Below are positions 53,592-64,000 of a DNA stretch of 64,000 nt, piece by piece. Location of the stretch: the NCBI GenBank assembly GCA_964016885.1, contig OZ024758.1, forward strand, positions 11,470,001-11,534,000, written 5' to 3'. The notes under the pieces were generated by a model that was not told where the DNA came from, did not search any database, and saw nothing but the letters and a program-made list of their open reading frames with translations. The translations under genes were made by a program, and so were the position numbers. The DNA is from Eledone cirrhosa (lineage: Eukaryota). Numbering within the stretch: the first letter of the stretch is position 1; every line of letters begins with the position of its first letter.

Positions 53592-53797
53592 CTAGGCCTT
53601 TCTTTAGTATCAAGAAAATGCAAATTAATTTCGGTACCATTTTCAAATCGACACGAACAAGAGTCCTTTTTTATACACTGTCTATTTGCTGATATCGACC
53701 CATTCTTCATTTCATATCCATTACTAAAACATGATGTGAGTGATAGTAATCCGTGTACACTTAATAATATAACTAAATTGTAGGATATTGTAGCCAT
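53592..53797 (-). CDS. Secreted Cys-rich MRH/ATG27-like protein, exon 1 (signal peptide and domain start)
   Basis: aaaataATGg Kozak context; MATISYNLVILLSVHGLLSLTSC hydrophobic leader, then CIKKDSCSCRFENGTEINLHFLD; donor AG|gtaagc, phase 2. Confidence 0.85.
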
Positions 53798-54254
53798 TAT
53801 TTTTGTCTCTAACACTTTCCGTATGTAAAGAAGCCAAAGAAAGTTAAACTGTATTTTTAGTACCAAAGTTTGTATTTGTTCCGTTTTATTTAAATTTAAT
53901 GTAGATAAGCAATATATATATAAATAGTAATGTTTGCATCATTATTTATATCTATTTAAAAAAAGAAATCAGGAAACATTATCTATCTGCAGGACATGTT
54001 AAAAGTCAATTTATGTCAGCAGTGTGACAAATATACTTTATCACAATTAGAGCATGTAATGTAGGGGAAGTTGTAAGATTTCAAATTACTGGTCCAACAA
54101 CACTAAAAATATTTTGGGAAAATACACACATTTTTGTATATGAATGGTGATGTATCATGTGACGATAGTCTATAAAAGTAGTCAGGTTGTTTTATACTTG
54201 TAAGGTATAAGAATGAATTACATAATCATGTATGTATGTACACTCACAATCATA

Positions 54255-54294
54255 TACACACACGCACACACACACACACTCTCTCACCTCTCCC

Positions 54295-54330
<36 letters not shown>

Positions 54331-54456
54331 TACACACACACGCAGGCACTCTCTCTCTCTCTCTCACACACACACGCAAGCACTCTCTCTATCTCTCTCT
54401 CTCACACACACGCAGGCACTCTCTCTCTCGCTCTCTCTCACACACACACACGCAGG

Positions 54457-54501
<45 letters not shown>

Positions 54502-54564
54502 GCAGGCACTCTCTCTCTCACACACGCAGGCACTCTCTCTCTCTCTCTCTCACACACACGCAGG

Positions 54565-54623
<59 letters not shown>

Positions 54624-54654
54624 GCAGGCACTCTCTCTCTCACACACGCAGGCA

Positions 54655-54687
<33 letters not shown>

Positions 54688-54722
54688 GCAGGCACTCTCT
54701 CTCTCTCACACACACACGCAGG

Positions 54723-54775
<53 letters not shown>

Positions 54776-54918
54776 GCGCAGGCACTCTCTCTCTCTCACA
54801 CATACACGCAGGCACTCTCTCGCTCTCTCACACACACACGCAAGCACTCTCTCTATCTCTCTCTCTCACACACACACACACGCAGGCACTCTCTCTCTCT
54901 CTCTCACACACACGCAGG

Positions 54919-54965
<47 letters not shown>

Positions 54966-55086
54966 GCAGGCACTCTCTCTCTCACACACACACGCAGGCA
55001 CTCTCTCTATCTCTCTCTCACACACACACACGCAGGCACTCTCTCTCTCACACATACACACACACTCTCTCTCTCACACACACACA
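54255..55086. repeat. Compound (CT)n(CA)n-cgcaggca satellite
   Basis: fixed cgcaggca linker between variable-length CT and CA runs. Confidence 0.92.
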
Positions 55087-55451
55087 TGTAATTATGATGA
55101 TAATAATAATAATCATTTCTGATTTATGCATACGGCCAACAAATTTGGGGGAAGGGTGAAGTCGATTAAATCGACCCCAATGTATTACTGGTGTTTTATT
55201 TTATCAACCCCGTAAGGATGAAAGGCAACGCTAACCTCGGCAGGATTTGAACTCAGAGCGTAAAGGGACGCAACTCTATGCCGTTATGTATATGTATAAC
55301 AAAGAAACCTTATTGTGCTAGATTCGTCAGTTTAATGAACTCAACTTACTAGATTTAGTTAAAATAGTCACCAACGAGTTGTGACCTTTTACCTGACAAA
55401 CCGCTGTCAGGTAACTTTTCTGGGAATGTCAATAATCATGTGGCTTGTTTT

Positions 55452-55507
<56 letters not shown>

Positions 55508-55669
55508 TCAGTCCCTCCCAGGGAAGGGACAACGACCCCAGAAAGATGTAAAAAGCAGTAATGGGAGGCGGAAATAAAATATGCTCGGTGTATTTTTTTC
55601 TAAAGATTTTATTCTTCTTCTAATTGTTTGCCACTTTAACAGTTATATATGAATCGTATAAAGAACTTC

Positions 55670-56870
55670 AATCGAAGGCTCTTTGGAGTAACGTTACTCG
55701 ATAAAGTGCGTAGCTCGAGATCAGAGAATTATTCCAGGCAGAGCCGTTACTTCTCCGAATTGAGAGAACACAGCTCTGATACTATAAGTATGTGGTTAGA
55801 ATGTCTCAGGAAAGAATCATTGGAGAGTCACTCCAGGTAGAGCTGCTACTTCTCCGAATTGAGAAAACACAGCTCTGATACTATGGACATGTGGTTAGGT
55901 TGTCTCAGGAAAGAATCGTTGGACAGATTTATATTTTGGAGATCAGAGAGTCACTCCAGGTAGAGCCATTGATTCTCCGAATTGAGAGAATACAGCTCTG
56001 ATACTATGGACATGTGGTTAGGTTGTCTCAGGAAAGAATCGTTGGACAGATTTATATTTTGGAGATCAGAGAGTCACTCCAGGTAGAGCCATTGATTCTC
56101 CGAATTGAGAGAATACAGCTCTGATACTATGGACATGTGGTTAGGTTGTCTCAGGAAAGAATCGTTGGACAGATTTATATTTTGGAGATCAGAGAGTCAC
56201 TCCAGGTAGAGCCATTGATTCTCCGAATTGAGAGAATACAGCTCTGATACTATGGACATGTGGTTAGGTTGTCTCAGGAAAGAATCGTTGGACAGATTTA
56301 TATTTTGGAGATCAGAGAGTCACTCCAGGTAGAGCCATTGATTCTCCGAATTGAGAGAATACAGCTCTGATACTATGGACATGTGGTTAGGTTGTCTCAG
56401 GAAAGAATCGTTGGACAGATTTATATCTTGGAGATCAGAGAGTCACTCCAGGTAGAGCCATTGATTCTCCGAATTGAGAGAATACAGCTCTGATACTATG
56501 GACATGTGGTTAGGTTGTCTCAGGAAAGAATCGTTGGACAGATTTATATTTTGGAGATCAGAGAGTCACTCCAGAACGGTTACTTCTCCAAATTGAGGAT
56601 CATAGCTCTGATACTATAGACATGTGATTAGAATGTCTCCGGTAAAAATCGCTGGACAGATTTTATGGGAAAAACCGACCGGTAGGAGACGCAGGGGTAG
56701 ACCACAAGCAAGATGGTTGGATAATATCCATGAGCTTGGCTGGTCACGGTTGGGGATCCAGCCGGATCAGTTGGAGACGGTTGCTTCTGACAGGACCTAC
56801 TGGAAGGATTGTTTGAGGACATCTACCCCACGACTCTCTCAGGAATAAATGTGCGGCGAAGAAGAAGTAG
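55670..56870 (+). mobile_element. RTE-clade LINE 3' end with about 6-7 tandem 123-bp units
   Basis: IRESLQVE.L.LRIER.QL.YYGHVVR repeated; ends ILWEKPTGRRRRGRPQARWLDNI; (GAA)n tail. Confidence 0.85.
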
Positions 56871-57502
56871 AAGTAAAATTTGCATTTTTCACGTGTTGGA
56901 ATAGAATATTTCTCTTTTGCTGCGGACCTAATTATAATCCATGGCTCACAGTTAGCGAACTTCCGTTCTTTTTTGTAGTATAATGGGGCATAACTTTCTA
57001 TAGTTTCGATTCTAAGGTGGGTTACTTCCCTTGTATCTAATGTTTAAGTCTCTGAAGACTGTAAATAATATTTTCTACTTTTGGCACAAGGCCAGCAATT
57101 ATTCCAGTGTATTACTGGTACTTTATTTTATCGACCCCGTAAGGATGAAAGGCAAAGTTAACCTCGGCAGTATTTGAACTCAGACCATAAAGGGCCATAA
57201 CTCTAGGCTGCAAAGCATGGCGTCAGACCCTCTACTGATACTGCCAATCCTGGTTTCTGATTTAGGCACACGGCCAACAAATTTTGGGGAAGGGAAAGTC
57301 GATTAAATCGTTACAGGTACTTTGTTTTATCAACCCCTTAGAGATATAATGTAGTTAACCTTGGCAGGATTTGAACTCAGAATGTAAAGGGGCGCAACTA
57401 TAAGCTGCAAATGATGTAGTATTTCTTGCGGATGTCCTCCGAAAGAGTGAAATAAAGAGATAGAGAGAGAGAGGGAGAGAGAGAGAGGGAGAGAGAGAGA
57501 GA

Positions 57503-57568
<66 letters not shown>

Positions 57569-57761
57569 CACATGTGTGGTGGTGTGGTGTGGAGAGAATG
57601 AACCACGTCTCATTTCGCCGTACAAATATTGCCAGTTCACTTTTAACAAAAATTTATTAAGCAAAAATTTATTTAGCAAAAATTTATTATTTACCAAGGG
57701 AAATTACTCAGAAATATTTTGTACTTGTTTATGTCCCTTGAATACTTATTGCGTGAACGTG

Positions 57762-57980
57762 TCTACTAACCACATGCTGCGGTCTCTCAATTCGGAGAAG
57801 TAGCCACTCTACCTGGAGTGACACTCTGATCTCTGAGTTACGCACTCTATCGTGTAACGCTACTCCAAGCCCTCTACGGAGGAAGCACATTTCGACTGCT
57901 TGTATTCGCAATCGTATTCTTTCAGTCATTACCGGAAGTTTATGAACACAGGGAAGGGTTGGCAGGAGTACCGAATTGGC
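57762..57980 (-). mobile_element. RTE LINE fragment
   Basis: MTERIRLRIQAVEMCFLRRGLGVALHDRVRNSEIR. Confidence 0.82.
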
Positions 57981-58406
57981 TTACTATAATTTAGAAAGGT
58001 TTTGTTATAGGAAGGTAATTGAAAATATGCATATAAATAGAGTTTGAAAAAGATACAAACTTACCTTGTAATATATATATATATAATATTAAAGATACTA
58101 TTTATAGTTATGTATATACTATACTATAAACAACCATAAACAGGGAAGGTCAGTAATTTATTACTACCTTATTACCAGTAAGAGAAATAGCTCAATGTAA
58201 GAACATCAGGTGTTTTACAGAGCAGTAATATAGATTACATAAGTAGCAAAGTTAATAATTTGAATTATTTTTCAATTCTCGTATAATATATGTCGCATCC
58301 AATCCACCCTGTAAACATGAAACTGTTGTCCACAACATCAATATATATGTATCTGTATGATTCTTCAGTTGAATAGGAGGTTACTTATATGTACAAACAT
58401 TGATAA

Positions 58407-58453
58407 TGCTCTGAGGACTCCAAGCTTAAGTTTGGAAGAAACAATTGTCAGCG
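58407..58453 (+). ncRNA. Minimal type I hammerhead, family B (intact core, GUC triplet)
   Basis: tgct-CTGAGGA-c tccaagct ta agtttgga a-GAAA-caattg-TC-agcg. Confidence 0.75.
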
Positions 58454-59020
58454 ATTAAATGATTTAAACATAACTTAGATACTTATGTAATCTACACACA
58501 CAAACACACACACACATATATATATATATATAAATATATATATATAAGAAGCAGAGTAGGACAGACACAGAGAAATGACTTCTCTGAATGAACATGTATG
58601 TGAAAATTAATTAATCTTTTTCTTCCCCTTTTTATTTTATTTTCATTGCCTTCATCATTATTATAGAGTTACGGCCCTTGCCATTCTGAGTTCAAATCCC
58701 GCCGATGTTAACTTTGCCTTTCATCCTTACGGGGTCGATAAAATAAAGTACCAGTAATGCACTGGTTATTTGCTGGCCAAACGTAGAATCAATTATTATT
58801 ACTATTATCACTATTTGTACAAATATGCAACTTAACAATATTCTGCATATCTGCAATAGACAATGCATTTAATGCTGAAACCGGTATTGTAAATAAACTC
58901 ATGTTTTCATATCATTCTGAAAAAAATCTCTTCAACATTTTCTACTGAAAGAATCTTTTTCTTTTCTACTATTTGCTTTTATATATATGAAAGCGTGTGT
59001 TACTTTTTACTTTTCTACAT

Positions 59021-59102
<82 letters not shown>

Positions 59103-59326
59103 GGAGGTGAGTTTTATTGTAGTACAATAAAGCAATGCAGATATATACTCCTCCCCCTCTACTTCTTACTCTCATCTCCTCCCCTTTTTCATCCTTTCCA
59201 ACCTCCCTCCCCTCAACATTTTTTTTTTTTCCCCCAATATCACACATCAATCTAAAACTACTTTTCATATGTTGATTTAAAACTGCACTATCCACAAGTG
59301 TTTTTAACCTTCATATCATGTCCTCA

Positions 59327-59397
59327 TATTTTATCTGATGAAAACACAAATGTTATTGCATGATGATATTTGTTTTTGAAATGCGCATAATAAAATA
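59327..59397 (+). ncRNA. Minimal type I hammerhead, family A-related
   Basis: tattttat-CTGATGA-aaacacaaatgtta..tgatatttgttttt-GAAA-tgcgca-TA-ataaaata. Confidence 0.8.
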
Positions 59398-59427
59398 CAT
59401 GGAACACATTTAACCATCTTTTGATCT

Positions 59428-59458
<31 letters not shown>

Positions 59459-59509
59459 CTATATAATAACAGGAGGCTAGACTGGTGTAAATCCTTGCAA
59501 GGTTTATTA

Positions 59510-59565
59510 TACTACGATCGTTTCAATGACCGGGTTCAGTGTGAATCCAGTGACATCATCAGGTA
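59510..59565 (-). ncRNA. Minimal type I hammerhead, family H
   Basis: tac-CTGATGA-tgtcactggattca cac tgaacccggtcatt-GAAA-cgatcg-TA-gta. Confidence 0.65.
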
Positions 59566-60123
59566 ATTCAAAATATAACAAAGGAATATAACAGATAAAA
59601 TCCATGGGGCTGGAAATCAGAGACAAGAGGGCGGCCGACAATTTAGCAGCTTCTACCTCTGTCAGCCGCCCTCAACAAACCTAAATAAATAAATATATAT
59701 ATATATAAATATATGAAAAGAGTCAGGATCCCGACGGCTGAACTCCAGCCATTTCGACAACTAAATCCAAACTAAACCAGTCTTTTTCTATTACCTAGTC
59801 TGCTACCCCAACTATCGAGCACTCTGGTGCGTTATGGTCCACCTGGTTCCTTACCACATTTTTTTTCGTTATATATATATATATAGCTATACATTATATA
59901 TTATAGAACTTACCTTCTAATATATATAGACATACATTGATTGGCAGTATCGGTAGAGGGTCGGACGCCATGCTTTGACGTATAGAGTTACGGCCCTTGC
60001 CATTCTGAGTTCAAATCCCGCCGATGTTAACTTTGCCTTTCAGCCTTACGGGGTCGATAAAATAAAGTACCAGTAATGCACTGCGTAATTGCTGGCGTTG
60101 TGCCAAAAGTAGAAACAATTATA

Positions 60124-61735
60124 ATTATAGAACTTACAGTGTTATATATATAGCTATATTTTATAGAGCTTATCTTGCAATATATATAGTTATACATTAT
60201 ATATTATAGAACTTACAGTGTTATATATATATAGCTATATTTTATAGAGCTTACCTCGCAATATATATAGTTATACATTATATATTATAGAACTTACAGT
60301 GTTATATATATATAGCTATATTTTATAGAGCTTACCTCGCAATATATATAGTTATACATTATATATTATAGAACTTACAGTGTTATATATATATAGCTAT
60401 ATTTTATAGAGCTTACCTCGCAATATATATAGTTATACATTATATATTATAGAACTTACAGTGTTATATATATATAGCTATATTTTATAGAGCTTACCTC
60501 GCAATATATATAGTTATACATTATATATTATAGAACTTACAGTGTTATCTATATATAGCTATATTTTATAGAGCTTACCTCGCAATATATATAGTTATTC
60601 ATTATATATTATAGAACTTACAGTGTTATATATATATATATAGCTATATTTTATAGAGCTTACCTCGCAATATATATATAGTTATACATTATATATTATA
60701 GAACTTACAGTGTTATATATATATAGCTATATTTTATAGAGCTTACCTCGCAATATATATAGTTATACATTATATATTATAGAACTTACAGTATTATATA
60801 TATATAGCTATATTTTATAGAGCTTACCTCGCAATATATATAGTTATACATTATATATTATAGAACTTACAGTGTTATATATATATAGCTATATTTTATA
60901 GAGCTTACCTCGCAATATATATATAGTTATACATTATATATTATAGAACTTACAGTGTTATATATATATAGCTATATTTTATAGAGCTTACCTCGCAATA
61001 TATATAGTTATACATTATATATTATAGAACTTACAGTGTTATATATATATAGCTATATTTTATAGAGCTTACCTCGCAATATATATATAGTTATACATTA
61101 TATATTATAGAACTTACAGTGTTATATATATATAGCTATATTTTATAGAGCTTACCTCGCAATATATATAGTTATACATTATATATTATAGAACTTACAG
61201 TGTTATATATATATAGCTATATTTTATAGAGCTTACCTCGCAATATATATAGTTATACATTATATATTATAGAACTTACAGTGTTATATATATATAGCTA
61301 TATTTTATAGAGCTTACCTCGCAATATATATAGTTATACATTATATATTATAGAACTTACAGTGTTATATATATATATAGCTATATTTTATAGAGCTTAC
61401 CTCGCAATATATATAGTTATACATTATATATTATAGAACTTACAGTGTTATATATATATAGCTATATTTTATAGAGCTTACCTCGCAATATATATAGTTA
61501 TACATTATATATTATAGAACTTACAGTGTTATATATATATAGCTATATTTTATAGAGCTTACCTCGCAATATATATAGTTATACATTATATATTATAGAA
61601 CTTACAGTGTTATATATATATAGCTATATTTTATAGAGCTTACCTCGCAATATATATAGTTATACATTATATATTATAGAACTTACAGTGTTATATATAT
61701 ATAGCTATATTTTATAGACATTACAGTGTTATATA
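60124..61735. repeat. About 81-bp AT-rich tandem repeat, about 20 copies, each made of two related subunits
   Basis: ttatagaacttacagtgttatata...ttatagagcttacctcgcaatata... Confidence 0.92.
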
Positions 61736-62069
61736 ACCATATAACTAGGAAGCATTTGGTCGTTAAAGTAATAAAAATAAAGAAAAATGTGAGACAAACA
61801 AAAGACAATTTCAATAGTTATATATTCCTTTACTTATTCTCACTTTATTGGTTTCATTTTTATAATAATTAGTTGGGTCTTTTACGACATCGTGGACAAA
61901 ATATCTTGCGGTATTTTCTTCTGTTGAGCTGAACTTTATCTTTCCTCTTAACGCGGTCGAATATATCAGTGAATTTGTTCGATCTATTAAATCGAATTGT
62001 GAAATACACCATGAAGTAACATGATAGAGGCCAGATACTCTGGTAAACTGTGGATCTCTGATGGCAGCT

Positions 62070-63605
62070 GAAGAGTGATACTTATTAATGATAGCATGGT
62101 ATTGTAGAGGTCAGATTTCCTGGTTAAATGTGGACCTCTGAAGAGTGATACTTGTTAATGATAGCATGGTATTGTAGAGGTCAAATTTCCTGGTTAAATG
62201 TGGACCTCTGAAGAGAGATACTTGTTAATGATAGCATGGTATTGTAGAGGTCAAATTTCCTGGTTAAATCTGGACCTCTGAAGAGAGATACTTGTTAATG
62301 ATAGCATGGTATTGTAGAGATCAAATTTCCTGGTAAACTGTGGATCTCGGTAGAGAGATACTTGTTAATGATAGCATGGTATTGTAGAGGTCAAATTTCC
62401 TGGTAAACTGTGGACCTCTGAAGAGAGATACTTGTTAATGATAGCATGGGATTGTAGAGGTCAAATTTCCTGGTTAACTGTGGATCTCTGTAGAGTGATA
62501 CTTGTTAATGATAGCATGGGATTGTAGAGGTCACATTTCCTGGTTAACTGTGGACCTCTGAAGAGTGATACTTGTTAATGATAGCATGGTATTGTAGAGG
62601 TCAAATTTCCTGGTCAACTGTGGATCTCTGTAGAGAGATACTTGTTAAAGATAGCATGGGATTGTAGAGGTCAAATTTCCTGGTTAACTGTGGACCTCTG
62701 AAGAGTGATACTTGTTAATGATAGCATGGGATTGTAGAGGTCAAATTTCCTGGTTAACTGTGGACCTCTGAAGAGAGATACTTGTTAATGATAGCATGGT
62801 ATTGTAGAGGTCAAATTTCCTGGTAAACTGTGGATCTCTGTAGAGAGATACTTGTTAATGATAGCATGGTATTGTAGAGGTCAAATTTCCTGGTTAACTG
62901 TGGACCTCTGAAGAGAGATACTTGTTAATGATAGCATGGGATTGTAGAGGTCAAATTTCCTGGTTAAATGTGGACCTCTGTAGAAAGATACTTGTTACTG
63001 ATAGCATGGGATTGTAGAGGTCAAATTTCCTGGTTAACTGTGGACCTCTGAAGAGTGATACTTGTTAATGATAGCATGGTATTGTAGAGGTCAAATTTCC
63101 TGGTTAACTGTGGACCTCTGAAGAGAGATACTTGTTAATGATAGCATGGTATTGTAGAGGTCAAATTTCCTGGTTAACTGTGGACCTCTGAAGAGTGATA
63201 CTTATTAATGATAGCATGGTATTGTAGAGGTCAAATTTCCTGGTTAACTGTGGACCTCTGAAGAGAGATACTTGTTACTGATAGCATGGGATTGTAGAGG
63301 TCAAATTTCCTGGTTAAATGTGGACCTCTGTAGAAAGATACTTGTTACTGATAGCATGGGATTGTAGAGGTCAAATTTCCTGGTTAACTGTGGACCTCTG
63401 AAGAGTGATACTTGTTAATGATAGCATGGTATTGTAGAGGTCAAATTTCCTGGTTAACTGTGGACCTCTGAAGAGAGATACTTGTTAATGATAGCATGGT
63501 ATTGTAGAGGTCAAATTTCCTGGTTAACTGTGGACCTCTGAAGAGTGATACTTATTAATGATAGCATGGTATTGTAGAGGTCAAATTTCCTGGTTAACTG
63601 TAGAA
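62070..63605. repeat. 70-bp tandem repeat, about 22 copies
   Basis: gaagagtgatacttgttaatgatagcatggtattgtagaggtcaaatttcctggttaactgtggacctct. Confidence 0.92.
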
Positions 63606-63713
63606 ACATACTTGTTATAGTTCATCTTTGTAATGTTAATATCACTATATTAACATATCTTGAAATATTGTTGTAACCATAACAGATGCACACAAACTCA
63701 CACGCACACACAC

Positions 63714-63895
<182 letters not shown>

Positions 63896-64000
63896 TTATG
63901 TATATATACATATATATACATATATATACGAGTATGTTTGCAATTGTTGTAGGAAATAAATACATAACAAAACATGGATATTTAAATGAATTACATATAC

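Noticed and set aside
53798-53866. 23-codon upstream extension of the 53588-53866 ORF
   Set aside because: It starts at a non-ATG codon; the ATG at 53797 has strong Kozak context and begins the signal peptide.
60124-61735. Repeated minus-strand GTAAG donor-like motifs in the 81-bp array
   Set aside because: No associated acceptors or coding frame; a by-product of the repeat unit.
60124-63605. CRISPR-like appearance of regular arrays (also 20063, 24620, 45148)
   Set aside because: Units are contiguous with no unique spacers, there are no cas genes, and the context is eukaryotic.

Overview
AT-rich, microsatellite-dense animal genomic DNA. The SINE families and repeat content suggest a cephalopod (Octopus-like); this is inference. 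Two spliced genes can be rebuilt from GT-AG sites and codon phase. (1) The last seven coding exons of an SLC6 amino-acid transporter of the B0AT/SIT1-like subfamily (+, 1332-10554); its 5' exons lie outside the window. (2) An apparently complete four-exon gene that the ORF track does not assemble (-, 53797-45822), encoding a 169-aa secreted Cys-rich protein resembling a single mannose-6-phosphate-receptor-homology (MRH) domain. The rest is mostly repeats: tRNA-derived SINEs, RTE, R4/Dong-like and L1/Tx1-like LINE fragments, piggyBac/Tc1-mariner/hAT-type MITEs, and tandem arrays amplified from pieces of these elements. The strongest hidden signal is about 26 hand-identified type I hammerhead ribozyme motifs in about 9 families. 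Most lie in short non-coding elements that sit in (TA)n tracts and often carry an inverted partial copy of themselves, the layout expected of Penelope-like retroelement terminal repeats. All structures were read by eye; no folding or database search was run.
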